In this document: positions 34,547 to 44,569 of the stretch, one piece after another
How the letters are laid out: the number at the start of each line of letters is the position of its first letter
Position numbering within the stretch: the stretch's first letter is position 1
Assembly: GCA_029974275.1 (NCBI GenBank)
Contig: JARKSN010000065.1
Location: forward strand, 1-50,758
Reading direction: 5' to 3'
DNA: 50,758 bases
DNA from: Candidatus Hydrogenedentota bacterium
Lineage (GTDB): Bacteria; Hydrogenedentota; Hydrogenedentia; Hydrogenedentales; SLHB01
The notes under the pieces: generated by a model
The model's input: the letters and a program-made list of their open reading frames with translations, nothing else
Databases searched by the model: none
Told to the model about the DNA's origin: nothing
Program-made: the position numbers and the translations under genes

Positions 34547-34821
34547 GTCCGCCGCCGCGGTGTCCGGGGCAGGATCAGCGCTACTGGAAGCCCGAGGATA
34601 TTTTCATGCTCGGCTGTCCTTGGTGCGGCGCGGAGATCGAATTTTGGAAGGATGAGCCTGTCCGCGTTTGCCGGGCCTGCGCCCGGCAGGTTCGCAATCC
34701 GCGGATGGATATGGGATGCGCCGCATGGTGCGCCTCCGCCGATCAATGTCTGGGGGTGGAGCGGCATCCTCCCTTGCCGTCTTCCGATGGCGGCGATGCG
34801 GATTGTGCGGATTCGCCGTGA
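34543..34821 (+). CDS. small Cys-rich protein (92 aa)
   Basis: CPGQD...WKPEDIF...CPWC...IEFWKDE...CRAC...NPR...CAAWCASADQC. Confidence 0.8.
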   Translation: MSPPPRCPGQDQRYWKPEDIFMLGCPWCGAEIEFWKDEPVRVCRACARQVRNPRMDMGCAAWCASADQCLGVERHPPLPSSDGGDADCADSP

Positions 34822-34845
34822 GACGGCCTGTCCGCTGCGGTTCGC

Positions 34846-36432
34846 TTACCGGATAGACGGTTTGCGGCGAAACGCCACGCAGGCGACGCCTGTCAAGAGA
34901 ACGGCAAGAACCGCCAGACCGAGTGCAGAAACGGCGGGAACGCCGGTTTCACCGGGCGCATGCGGGGGGCTTTCGGGGTCGAGGGGGTTGGTTCCTAGGA
35001 CGATTTCGATGCTGTCCGACACGCCGTCGCCGTCGGTGTCCCAGTTATGCAAATCGGTCTCGTTTCCGGGGTAAGGCCATCGCATGGGGAAGACAGGGTC
35101 TACGTGGTCCCACATGCCGTTGGCATTCTCGTCTTCCTGCATATCCAGGAGGCCGTCCCTGTCGGAATCCAGATCGGTGGCCAATAACACTTGGAAGGTC
35201 GTGCTGACTCCGGAGGCAGGGGCAAGGTTTCCGGCGATGTCGCGGGCGCTGCCTGGGCCTATTTGAATGCTGAGGGTTCCTTCCCCGCGTATTTCCGCCA
35301 CGGTCACGGTTCGGGTGGCTGGTCCGGAACCTGATACGAAGGGCGCGCCCGAGGCGGAACCTGTCCTGACAAGCGTGATGTCGCTTGGGGCGAGCGTCAC
35401 GGAGTCGGCGCCGTCGTAGGTGATCTCATAGCTCACGGGCAAATAGCGCGTCCGGTCCGAAGAAGGGATGCCGATAAGCAGGGATGGGGGCGTTTTGTCG
35501 ATCGTGTAGGATTCCCCCGAGGTGAAATCGCCGTTGCCCACGCCCACATCGTTGAGCGCCAAGTTGGTGTCGTCTTGGATGCTGTCGTCGTCCAGCAGAT
35601 CCAGGCGCATCGCGCCGTCGCCTGTGCCTGTGTTGACGCGCACGGTGTAGGTCGCTGCGTCGATTGGCGTGACCGACGCCAGCGAGGTCCCTTCGAGGCC
35701 CGATGCGGTTATGTGAAAGTCGCTTGGATCAACGCCCGAGACCGCATGGGTGAATTTCACCGTGAAATCCACCGAGGACGCATTGGTGGGGTTGTCTCCG
35801 GCGCGGCGAATGTAGCGCACGAACGGCGGCTGGTCGTAGATGAGCTTGAGCGCGAGATCCGCCGTGTAAAACCACCGGTCCCATTCGTACTGGTTCGCGT
35901 CCGCGAGCAGGGCGAGGGCCAAATCTCCCGCATTCAGGAACACGAATTCGCCGTCGGCGTAGACGTCGAACGACCAAGCCGCAATATCGGCCGCCGCCGG
36001 AGGCCCCTGGGGCGTAAAGGAATCGATGACGACAAAGTAGACCGCTTCGCTGTCCACCGGAATGCTGGGCCATGTCGAGAAGAGGGTGGGGCCGGTTTCG
36101 ATTGCGGTGAGGACCAGGGGCTCGCTCACAAAAAGGATTTGGGTCATGTCGGGAGCCATGTTCATGCCGCCGCCGCCGTCGTTTCTCGCGGCTGTCACAA
36201 GAATCTGGAAGTGCAGATTCGTTCCGCCGGCGTGACGCATCACGAGGTTGATTTCATCCAAGCGGTTTCCGTTGGGCATGAAGGACTGCGCGTACAGCGA
36301 GGTGTCGGGGCTTCCGAAGCCTTCGCCGTAGGAGTCGCCGGGTAGGAGGTTGGTGTAGGTCAAGGCGGACGCCGCCCCGCCTATCAGCGCCATTCCGAAC
36401 GCCATCCAGCCGACAAGTCGCCAACGAAGCAT
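34846..36432 (-). CDS. secreted surface protein with Ig-like domains, Ca-binding Asp repeats and a C-terminal sorting/anchor signal
   Basis: Signal peptide; DKTPP Ig boundary; DSDRDGLLD and DTDGDGVSDSIE..GTNPLD; VPAVSALGLAVLAVLL..RRK tail. Confidence 0.82.
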   Translation of the reverse strand: MLRWRLVGWMAFGMALIGGAASALTYTNLLPGDSYGEGFGSPDTSLYAQSFMPNGNRLDEINLVMRHAGGTNLHFQILVTAARNDGGGGMNMAPDMTQILFVSEPLVLTAIETGPTLFSTWPSIPVDSEAVYFVVIDSFTPQGPPAAADIAAWSFDVYADGEFVFLNAGDLALALLADANQYEWDRWFYTADLALKLIYDQPPFVRYIRRAGDNPTNASSVDFTVKFTHAVSGVDPSDFHITASGLEGTSLASVTPIDAATYTVRVNTGTGDGAMRLDLLDDDSIQDDTNLALNDVGVGNGDFTSGESYTIDKTPPSLLIGIPSSDRTRYLPVSYEITYDGADSVTLAPSDITLVRTGSASGAPFVSGSGPATRTVTVAEIRGEGTLSIQIGPGSARDIAGNLAPASGVSTTFQVLLATDLDSDRDGLLDMQEDENANGMWDHVDPVFPMRWPYPGNETDLHNWDTDGDGVSDSIEIVLGTNPLDPESPPHAPGETGVPAVSALGLAVLAVLLTGVACVAFRRKPSIR

Positions 36433-36617
36433 CGTGCTCAGTCCTTATATGTCCGATTTCCGGCGCCCGCGATCGGTTTGTGCAGCGGCGCCGCGCCCGA
36501 TCGGCGCGCTCTTGATTCTTGTATCAGCATAGCGTTTTTAGGAAAACACTACAAGGGGTCCAGGCGACCGCAGTGGGATGGATTCTTTGGCGGTTCCCGG
36601 ATAATATCTTGCGGCGC

Positions 36618-36626
36618 TGGTATAAT
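36618..36626 (+). promoter_or_regulatory. extended -10 promoter of the sugar operon
   Basis: TGGTATAAT ~110 nt before the isomerase start. Confidence 0.5.
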
Positions 36627-36735
36627 GCGTATCTGACGTCGGCAATGCCATAGTCTGAAGCGGCTGGTTCGGGGTTGCTTTTTGAAGGGATAGCTGCTTT
36701 TTTGGTAGCTAACGGAACGCCTTCTACCACAAAGG

Positions 36736-38160
36736 ATGAATCGCATGAAGTCTAGGAAAGTGTCTTTTGCGTTGTTTTTTGGAAACCGAGGCTTTTTCCC
36801 CGCATCGCTCATGAAGGAGGCGCGGGAGGAGTTGCCGCGCGTTCTTGCGAAGTGGGGCTATGACCATCTGATCATGCCGGAAGACGCCACACGCTATGGC
36901 GCTGTCGAGACTACGGACGAGGGAAGAGTCTATGCCCGCTTCTTACAAGAGAACCGCGGCCGATACGACGGGGTCATCCTTTGCTTGCCGAACTTTGGCG
37001 ACGAGACCGGGGCTGTGGCCGCGCTGAAGGAAGCGGGGACGCCGATTCTCGTTCAGGCCTATCCGGATGCCCTCGACAAACTCGGCCCTGCACTGCGCCG
37101 TGACGCGTTCTGCGGCAAGTTCTCCATCATGGACGTTTTCTGTCAATACAACGTTCCGTTCACTGCGCTCAAGCCGCACGTGGTCACCCCCGACAGTGAC
37201 GCGTTCAAGGCGAACGTGGATGCATTCGCCAAGATCTGCCGCGTCGTCAATGGGATGAAGAACATGACCGTCGGCATGATTGGGGCCCGCACGTCGCCGT
37301 TCAAGACCGTCCGGTGCGATGAGTTGACCTTGCAGAAACAGGGGATTTCGGTGGAAACCTTCGATCTGTCGGGCATCATCGCCGAGACCAAAGCGATAGA
37401 CCCTGCCTCCGAAGCGTGCGCGGCGAAGTTGAAAGCCCTCCACAGCGCCGCGCAATGGGACGGCGTTCCGGCTGCGGCGGCGGAGAACATCGCCAAGCTC
37501 GCGGTCGTCATCGACAAAACCATCGCCGCGCATCGCCTCGATGCCATCGCGCTGCGGTGCTGGCTGGAACTCGAGGAACAGTTGAGCATATCGCCGTGTA
37601 TTCTCATGGGCCTGCTCAACGACGCAGGCATTCCCGCGGCGTGCGAGACCGATATCGGCAGCGCGGTCACGATGCGCGCGCTGGGGCTGGCGTCTGAAGC
37701 CGCCGCCGGCTGTCTGGATTGGAACAACAACTACGGAAGCGAAGAGGACAAGTGCATTCTGTTCCACTGCTCCGCGATGCCGCCGTCGATGATTGTGGGC
37801 AAAGGGAAGATTGAGGACCATGCCATCCTCGCGACGGCCTTGGGGCCCAACCGCAGTTTCGGCCCCAACACGGGCCGCATCGCCCCTACGGACTTCACCT
37901 TTGGCAACATGTTGACGGCGGAAGGAAAGGTGAAGTTCTATCTCGGCGAAGGAGCGTTCACCGACGACGTGATTGACTCCGCCTTCTTCGGGTGTGCCGG
38001 CGTCGCGCGCATCAAGAACATCGAGGACGTGTATCTACACATCGGACGGACAGGGCATCGTCACCACGTGAGCGTCACGCCGGGTCTTCACGCGGCGGCC
38101 ATTCGCGAGGCTTTCACGCGTTACTTGGGTTTCGACGTAACATTGCCGCAGGAGAGTTGA
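36736..38160 (+). CDS. L-fucose/L-arabinose isomerase family protein
   Basis: NRGFFP, NFGDE, RRDAFCGKFS, RCW, ACETD, LDWNN, FHC, HHV motifs. Confidence 0.88.
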   Translation: MNRMKSRKVSFALFFGNRGFFPASLMKEAREELPRVLAKWGYDHLIMPEDATRYGAVETTDEGRVYARFLQENRGRYDGVILCLPNFGDETGAVAALKEAGTPILVQAYPDALDKLGPALRRDAFCGKFSIMDVFCQYNVPFTALKPHVVTPDSDAFKANVDAFAKICRVVNGMKNMTVGMIGARTSPFKTVRCDELTLQKQGISVETFDLSGIIAETKAIDPASEACAAKLKALHSAAQWDGVPAAAAENIAKLAVVIDKTIAAHRLDAIALRCWLELEEQLSISPCILMGLLNDAGIPAACETDIGSAVTMRALGLASEAAAGCLDWNNNYGSEEDKCILFHCSAMPPSMIVGKGKIEDHAILATALGPNRSFGPNTGRIAPTDFTFGNMLTAEGKVKFYLGEGAFTDDVIDSAFFGCAGVARIKNIEDVYLHIGRTGHRHHVSVTPGLHAAAIREAFTRYLGFDVTLPQES

Positions 38161-38164
38161 AGCG

Positions 38165-39079
38165 ATGACCACGAGTGCACAAGCCGTGCAAAATGCCCTG
38201 AACGCAGGCACGGCCGTATTGGCGTTCAACATCCCCTACTTGCCGATGATTGCCCCCATTGTTCGGGCCATCGTCGACACGGACTCCTTTGCTTTTCTCG
38301 AGGTTGCCCGGCTGGAGTGGATGAAATTCGAATCCAAGAGCCTCGATGCCGTCATGGACGAGTTTCGCGCCTGTGCAAGTTTGCGCCATGTGCGGCTTCA
38401 TTTGGACCATGTGCCGGTCATCGATGAGGACCATCGCGAGGTCGATTATCTGCCGATCTTCGAAACGGCGATTGGCCTGGGATACGATTCCGTCATGGTG
38501 GACGGTTCCCGGCTCGACCTTGCGGGGAATATCGAGGCGACAAAACGCGTCGCGGATCTGGCGCATGCGGCGGGCGTCGCCTGCGAGGCGGAGCTTGGCG
38601 CCGTGTTTGGACACGGCGATGGCCCCGCGCCTCCATATGAGGAGCTGTTCTACAGCAGGCAAGGGTTCACGGATCTCGATGAAGCGCGCCGGTTCGTCCA
38701 AGAAACGAGTTGCGATTGGCTCTCCGTGGCGATTGGCAACATTCACGGCGCTATTTCCGCAGCCGCCCGCGATCAGAAGAAAGTCGCTGCGCGCCTGGAC
38801 CTTGACCACCTTGCCCGCTTGCGCGATGTCACCAACATACCGTTGGTGTTGCATGGCGGGTCGGGCATCCCGACGGAACTCTTGCGCGCCGCCGTGACGC
38901 GCGGCATTGCCAAGATCAATGTGGCCACGGAAGTGCGCCAGTGCTATGAAGCGGCGATTCGCGAGACAGGGGATATGCCCGCCGCGCGGGAACGTCTCTA
39001 TGCAAAGACGATGGCGTTGCTGGAAGAAGACTTCGCGGTTGCAGGCATGCGCGCGGCTGTCTGCAAACAGGATGCGTAA
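38165..39079 (+). CDS. class II fructose/tagatose-bisphosphate aldolase family protein
   Basis: AFN, HLDH, SVMVDGS, EAELG, IGNIHG, LVLHGGSG, KINVAT. Confidence 0.92.
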   Translation: MTTSAQAVQNALNAGTAVLAFNIPYLPMIAPIVRAIVDTDSFAFLEVARLEWMKFESKSLDAVMDEFRACASLRHVRLHLDHVPVIDEDHREVDYLPIFETAIGLGYDSVMVDGSRLDLAGNIEATKRVADLAHAAGVACEAELGAVFGHGDGPAPPYEELFYSRQGFTDLDEARRFVQETSCDWLSVAIGNIHGAISAAARDQKKVAARLDLDHLARLRDVTNIPLVLHGGSGIPTELLRAAVTRGIAKINVATEVRQCYEAAIRETGDMPAARERLYAKTMALLEEDFAVAGMRAAVCKQDA

Positions 39080-39081
39080 CC

Positions 39082-40584
39082 ATGAGTCTTCTCGGCATTG
39101 ACATTGGGACCACGGGGTGCAAGGTCGCCGCGTTTTCGGAAGCAGGGACATGTCTGGGCTTGGCCTATGAGGAATATGCCGTTCAGCGACCAACGGCAGG
39201 CTACTCCGAGCTGGACGCAGCCTCCGTGTGGGAGAGGACCCAGCGGGCCATTCGGCAGGTCGCGGCAAGGACCCGACATGACCCCATCCGTGCGGCGGCG
39301 GTCTCATCGCTGGGCGAAGCCGTCGTTCTTGTCACGCGCGACCGCCGCATCCTGGGGTCGTCCATTCTGAACGACGACATCCGAGGCAAAGAATTTCTAT
39401 CCCCGATCAGGGAGCGCTTCCCCAATGACGTTCTCTACGGAATTACGGGCAATACGCTCGGCAACCACTTCACCCTGACCAAACTGCTGTGGTTGAAGGC
39501 CCATGCTCCAGAACTCTTTCAAGCGGCCGATCTATTCTTGCCGTGGTCAAGCTTTGTCCCCTTCATGCTGGGCGCGGCCCCTTGCGTAGACTACTCGCTC
39601 GCAAATCGGACCTTGTGCTTCAACGTGCGTGAGAAAAAGTGGTCCGACGAAATCTTGGACTGGGCGGGGATTGATACAGGCAAGCTCCCCGTCCCGATTT
39701 CCTCGGGGAGAGCTATCGGAACCATCGCCCCCGACATGGCCGACGCCTTGGATTTGCCGCATGACATGGTTCTGGTTGCGGGCGCACACGACCAATGCGC
39801 GAATGCTGTTGGCTGCGGGGCCGTGCAAGAAGGCCGAACCATGCTCGGCATGGGCACCTACCTGTGCATGGCTCCCCTTTTCCGCCACCCCCCTTCGCCC
39901 GAACTCATGATCCCGCGCGGACTCAATACGGAACACCACGCTATTAACGGTCTTTTTGTCTGTTTCATCTACAACCAAGGCGGCTGCCTGCTCAAGTGGT
40001 ACCGCGACACGTTCGCGCGCGCGGAACAGGCCGAGGCCCAGCGCAATGGACAGGACATCTATCCGTTGCTCCTGCAGGAAATGCCGTCTGGGCCCAGCAA
40101 GACGGTCGTTCTGCCTCACTTCATTTCTACGGGACCGCCTGATTTCATCACCGATTCCTGCGGCGTCATGGCGGGCCTTCATCTCGCGACGAGTCGGGGC
40201 GATATCTTGCGTGGGATTTTGGAGGGGACCGTATTCTACCTGCGCGAATCCCTCGATGCCCTTCCCGCGACAGGAATTGAAGTCTCCGATTTTCGCGTTG
40301 TTGGGGGCGGAAGCAAGTCGCCGCCATGGGTGCGCCTGTGCGCGGACATTCTGGGGCGTCCCTGCGCCACGCTTGCGTTTCCCGAAGCCGGCGTGATGGG
40401 CGCGGCAATTCTCGCGGGCGCGGGTTGCGGCGCCTACGCCACCCCCTTGGAGGGGGTGAACGCCATGGTCTCGCTTGACCAACGCATCGAGCCCAATCCC
40501 ACTACCCACCGCCAATACGATGATCGCTATGATCGGTACAAACGTTTGTGGCCGCTCTTGAGGGACTACCTGCAGAGTCTGTAG
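39082..40584 (+). CDS. FGGY carbohydrate kinase (xylulokinase-like)
   Basis: LGIDIGTTGCK, GAHDQ, GGGSKS, ADILG. Confidence 0.92.
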   Translation: MSLLGIDIGTTGCKVAAFSEAGTCLGLAYEEYAVQRPTAGYSELDAASVWERTQRAIRQVAARTRHDPIRAAAVSSLGEAVVLVTRDRRILGSSILNDDIRGKEFLSPIRERFPNDVLYGITGNTLGNHFTLTKLLWLKAHAPELFQAADLFLPWSSFVPFMLGAAPCVDYSLANRTLCFNVREKKWSDEILDWAGIDTGKLPVPISSGRAIGTIAPDMADALDLPHDMVLVAGAHDQCANAVGCGAVQEGRTMLGMGTYLCMAPLFRHPPSPELMIPRGLNTEHHAINGLFVCFIYNQGGCLLKWYRDTFARAEQAEAQRNGQDIYPLLLQEMPSGPSKTVVLPHFISTGPPDFITDSCGVMAGLHLATSRGDILRGILEGTVFYLRESLDALPATGIEVSDFRVVGGGSKSPPWVRLCADILGRPCATLAFPEAGVMGAAILAGAGCGAYATPLEGVNAMVSLDQRIEPNPTTHRQYDDRYDRYKRLWPLLRDYLQSL

Positions 40585-40976
40585 TTGGCCTGTGGTTCCC
40601 GAAAACTGCGCTCCGCCTTTGTTTTCGATCTCATCTCGCTCCCTCCTCGTAGCGATGGCGTTGGCATTCTGGTCCGGTTGCGTGCGCAGAAAGCTGTCGC
40701 TGTCAGCCATCCCCGCGCACAGCGCCCACTCGCCGACAACGGTAGCGTCGGAGTTCTGTGCCTGTTCGATGCTCAACGCGCTTCCGCCTTTCTGGGGTTG
40801 CGTTCGAACTGTCCAGGGTCCTTGATTCCGGAGTTAGGGCGTGGCTATCATCGCTGCGATGGGGATGGGGTCCCTCGTAACCGCCTTACAGTCTATGTCT
40901 TCTGTCATGGATAGTTCGAATGCGTTGCAAACGAGACGTTCGTGAAGAGAAAGGGGCCAAGGTGGAGGGGTAGGCA

Positions 40977-42092
40977 ATGTCTGGCAGGGCGCGCACGATC
41001 GTCGAGCGATTGTTGTCTGAAGCGGACGTGACCGTCGATGGCGCCGCGCCTTGGGACATGGCCGTGCGTGACGATCGTCTCTTCCAGCGCGTGTTGCGGG
41101 GCGGTTCGTTGGGGCTTGGCGAGTCGTACGTCGATGGGTGGTGGGACTGCGAACGGCTCGATGAGTTTTTTCACCGCGTATTGCGGGCGCGGCTTGATAG
41201 AAGAGTGTTTGGAATTCGCGACGTTTTCGCCGCTCTTCCGGCCTGGCTCGTCAATCTGCAATCTCCTCGGCGCGCGCATCAAATCGGCAAGACTCACTAT
41301 GACATCGGCAATCGGCTCTATCGCTGCATGCTGGACGCGCGCATGATCTACAGTTGCGGCTATTGGCGCAACGCTTCGACGCTTGACGAGGCGCAAGAAG
41401 CCAAGCTCGATCTTGTATGCCGGAAACTAGGTCTTGCGCCGGGCATGCGCGTGGCGGATATTGGCTGTGGATGGGGCGGCACGGCCCGGTTCGCCGCAGA
41501 ACGGTATGGCGCGGAGGTCACCGGCATCACGGTATCCCAGGAGCAAGCCGTTCTCGCCGCCGAGAGCTGTGCGGGGTTTCCGGTCCGCATCGCGCTGCAG
41601 GATTACCGCGATCTGGACGGGAAGTTCGATCGCGTTCTTTCCATCGGCATGTTTGAACATGTCGGCAGCAGGAATTACCGCACATTCATGCGCGTCGTTC
41701 GCCGCTGTCTCGCCGACGACGGGGTTTTTCTGCTTCATACCATCGCCGCGAACGTCTCGACCCGATCGGGAGATCCCTGGATAGAGCGGTATATTTTCCC
41801 GAATTCGATGCTGCCGTCGATGCGGCAAATCGCCCAATCCGCGGAGGGGCTGTTCGTGCTCGAAGACGTTCATGGCTTCGGCGCGGATTATGACAAGACG
41901 TTGCGCTGCTGGTTCGCCAACTTTGACGAGCATTGGCCCGCGCTCCGGCAGGAGTATGACGATCGCTTTTACCGGCTTTGGAAGTATTATTTGCTCTGTT
42001 GCGCTGGCGCTTTTCGCGCCCGCGCGATCCAGCTGTATCAGATCGTTTTTTCGCCGAAGGGCATTCCCGGGGGGTGGGTTTGTCGGAGGTAG
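40977..42092 (+). CDS. cfa: cyclopropane fatty acyl phospholipid synthase
   Basis: GESYVDGWW, HYDIGN, YSCGYW, DIGCGWG, SIGMFEHVG, YIFP. Confidence 0.95.
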   Translation: MSGRARTIVERLLSEADVTVDGAAPWDMAVRDDRLFQRVLRGGSLGLGESYVDGWWDCERLDEFFHRVLRARLDRRVFGIRDVFAALPAWLVNLQSPRRAHQIGKTHYDIGNRLYRCMLDARMIYSCGYWRNASTLDEAQEAKLDLVCRKLGLAPGMRVADIGCGWGGTARFAAERYGAEVTGITVSQEQAVLAAESCAGFPVRIALQDYRDLDGKFDRVLSIGMFEHVGSRNYRTFMRVVRRCLADDGVFLLHTIAANVSTRSGDPWIERYIFPNSMLPSMRQIAQSAEGLFVLEDVHGFGADYDKTLRCWFANFDEHWPALRQEYDDRFYRLWKYYLLCCAGAFRARAIQLYQIVFSPKGIPGGWVCRR

Positions 42093-42110
42093 ATCGCGCG
42101 GAGCGAACGT

Positions 42111-42965
42111 TTAGACGGGTTTGCGCGCCGTGGCGATGCGCCGGATTCCGGCGAGATCGTTGACGAACGTTATGGCGGCGAACTCGTGCGCCGCGAGAAT
42201 TTCGCCCACCGCGTGAGCTTGTCCGTCTCCTATTTCCATCGCCAGAAAACCGCCGGGCCGCAGGAAATCTCCCGCGCCCGCGACGAGGGCGCGGATCATG
42301 TCAAGGCCGTCCGGACCCGAGAGCACGGCGCGCGGGTCTTCGTAGTCTCGAATGGAACGCGACAAGGAATCCCATAGTCCCTCTTCGACATAGGGTGGAT
42401 TGGAACAGATCACGTCGAAATTCGCGTCCTCGGGCCTCAGGGGATGGTAGAGGTCTCCTTGGAGCAAGACAATCCGGGCGTCGAGGCGGAGGCGCGCCGC
42501 ATTCTCGCGGGCTAGGGCGATTGCTTCCGGCGCGCGATCGGTGGCGACGATCCGCGCCGAGGGAAGATTATGCGCCAATGCCATGGCGACGCATCCCGTG
42601 CCTGTGCCGAGTTCCAGCATACGCACGGGAGCGTTTCCCGCCGCGTCGAGGACGGCCTCAACCAGATGTTCGGTCTCGGGCCGCGGCACCAGGGTGGGCG
42701 GCGCGCACCGTATCGGCAAGGAGTAAAATTCCCATTCGGAGATGATGTAGGGGATGGGCTCATAGGCAAGGCGCCGGCGGAGCAGCGCTTCGAACGCGGA
42801 TGGCACGGTTGGCGCATGAAGTCTGGCGAGGAGATCGCTGCGTCGGATTCCAAGGGCATGGGCCATCAGGTATTCGGCGTCCATGCGCGGCGTTTCGGAC
42901 ACGTCGGCAAGCCGGCGCGCAGCTTCGCCGAGGCATTCTCCGATGGACATGGACTTTTCGAACAT
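42111..42965 (-). CDS. prmC: release factor glutamine methyltransferase
   Basis: EPIPYI, LVPRPETE, ELGTGTG, SNPPY; directly follows prfA. Start is approximate. Confidence 0.95.
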   Translation of the reverse strand: MFEKSMSIGECLGEAARRLADVSETPRMDAEYLMAHALGIRRSDLLARLHAPTVPSAFEALLRRRLAYEPIPYIISEWEFYSLPIRCAPPTLVPRPETEHLVEAVLDAAGNAPVRMLELGTGTGCVAMALAHNLPSARIVATDRAPEAIALARENAARLRLDARIVLLQGDLYHPLRPEDANFDVICSNPPYVEEGLWDSLSRSIRDYEDPRAVLSGPDGLDMIRALVAGAGDFLRPGGFLAMEIGDGQAHAVGEILAAHEFAAITFVNDLAGIRRIATARKPV

Positions 42966-43018
42966 ATGCGTCACCGCTCTCAAAAAGGCTTCCCGGGCTC
43001 GTTTTCGCGTAATTATTC

Positions 43019-44095
43019 CTAGACGGCGATCAAGCGCGCTTCGCGATCGGCGGCGACGAGGGCCTCTATCATTTCTTGAATGTTGCCTTCCATGATGGAA
43101 TCGAGGCGGTATAGGGTGAGGTTGATGCGGTGGTCGGTCATGCGATTTTGGGGGAAGTTGTATGTGCGGATGCGTTCGCTGCGGTCGCCCGAACCGACCT
43201 GACTTTTGCGGTCGGCGGAGCGCGCGGTTTCTTCTTCTTCCTGTTTGGCCGCAAGCAGGCGCGCCCGCAACACGGCGAGCGCCTTGGCGCGGTTTTTGTG
43301 CTGCGACCGTTCGTCTTGGCAGGTCACGACAATGCCGGTCGGTTTGTGGGTGATGCGAACCGCGGAATCCGTCGTGTTGACATGCTGTCCGCCCGCGCCG
43401 GAGGATCGATACACGTCGATATGCAGATCGCTTGGATCGATGGAGACGTCGACTTCCTCGGCTTCGGGCAGCACGGCCACGGTGACGGCGGAGGTGTGGA
43501 TGCGGCCTTGGGCTTCGGTGGCGGGAACGCGCTGGACGCGATGGCCGCCGCCTTCAAATTTGAGTTGACTGTACACGTTTTGGCCGGAAACCATGAAGGT
43601 GATTTCCTTGTAGCCGCCGATGCCGGTGGGATTTGAACCGAGAATCTCGACTTTCCAATTTTTTAATTCGGCAAAGCGCGAGTACATGCGGAAGAGATCG
43701 GCGACAAACAAGGCGGCTTCTTCGCCGCCGGTTCCCGCACGAATCTCGACGATGGTGTTTTTCGCGTCGTTGGGGTCTTTGGGCAAGAGCAGGAGGTGCA
43801 GGTCCTTCTCCCGTTGTTCCAGCAGGGCGACGAGGTGATCGCGCTCTTCTTCGATCAGGGCCTGGAGGTCGGGGTCTTTCTCGGATTCCCAAAGCTCTCG
43901 CACATCGCGGAGTTGCCGTTCTTCCTCTTGAAACGCGCGAAAACAATGGACGAGGTCGGCGATCTCCGCTTGTTTCTTTGCATGCGAGCGGTAGATATCC
44001 GGACTCGAGGCGACTTCCTGTGTGCACATCAGCTCCGACAGCCGCTCGTGCTCCTCGACGATGCCAAGGAGCTTCTGGCGCATCAGATCTTCCAT
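43019..44095 (-). CDS. prfA: peptide chain release factor 1
   Basis: GAGGQHVN (GGQ), RVQRVPAT (PxT), RTYNFPQNR. Confidence 0.98.
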   Translation of the reverse strand: MEDLMRQKLLGIVEEHERLSELMCTQEVASSPDIYRSHAKKQAEIADLVHCFRAFQEEERQLRDVRELWESEKDPDLQALIEEERDHLVALLEQREKDLHLLLLPKDPNDAKNTIVEIRAGTGGEEAALFVADLFRMYSRFAELKNWKVEILGSNPTGIGGYKEITFMVSGQNVYSQLKFEGGGHRVQRVPATEAQGRIHTSAVTVAVLPEAEEVDVSIDPSDLHIDVYRSSGAGGQHVNTTDSAVRITHKPTGIVVTCQDERSQHKNRAKALAVLRARLLAAKQEEEETARSADRKSQVGSGDRSERIRTYNFPQNRMTDHRINLTLYRLDSIMEGNIQEMIEALVAADREARLIAV

Positions 44096-44101
44096 GCAGG
44101 G

Positions 44102-44305
44102 CTACTGCTTCTTCCCGTATTTCCTGTTGAAGCGGTCGACGCGGCCTTCGCTGTCGATAAACTTCTGCTTGCCGGTGAAGAACGGGTGGCAGGCCGAACA
44201 GATTTCCACGTTAATGGCCGGTCTCGTCGAGCGGGTCTCGAATTTGTTGCCGCAGGCGCACGACACCTTCGCCACGACATATTCCGGATGGATACCGTCT
44301 TTCAC
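44102..44305 (-). CDS. rpmE: 50S ribosomal protein L31 (Zn-binding form)
   Basis: MKDGIHPEY...CACG...[12 protein letters not shown]...GRVDRF. Confidence 0.98.
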   Translation of the reverse strand: MKDGIHPEYVVAKVSCACGNKFETRSTRPAINVEICSACHPFFTGKQKFIDSEGRVDRFNRKYGKKQ

Positions 44306-44519
44306 AACAACCTCCTGGGATGTACGGGGCTAACCCGTCTTCGCCGCCTGTTGACATGTCCACACGGCGCGGCCTGCGGAGAAGAATCGTCTCTGCGCTC
44401 GCCGCGGATGGGTTTTGGGCCCATAAACCGTTGAAGAAAACTCGAGAAAGTGTAGCACAACGACGCCGATGCACGCAAAATCTTCTTTTGGGTCGGACCT
44501 CGACCTGGCTGTAAGCGCG

Positions 44520-44549
44520 ACCGGGGCGCACGTGAGCGTGCGCCCCGGT
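44520..44549 (-). terminator. GC-rich hairpin after glnA
   Basis: ACCGGGGCGCACG-TGAG-CGTGCGCCCCGGT 13-bp stem; no clear U-tract. Confidence 0.5.
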
Positions 44550-44569
44550 GGAAGTTGTGTCTGGGCGGA

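Noticed and set aside
40585..40976. Short ORFs or an RNA element between the FGGY kinase and cfa
   Set aside because: No RBS-supported ORF, motif or convincing structure seen.
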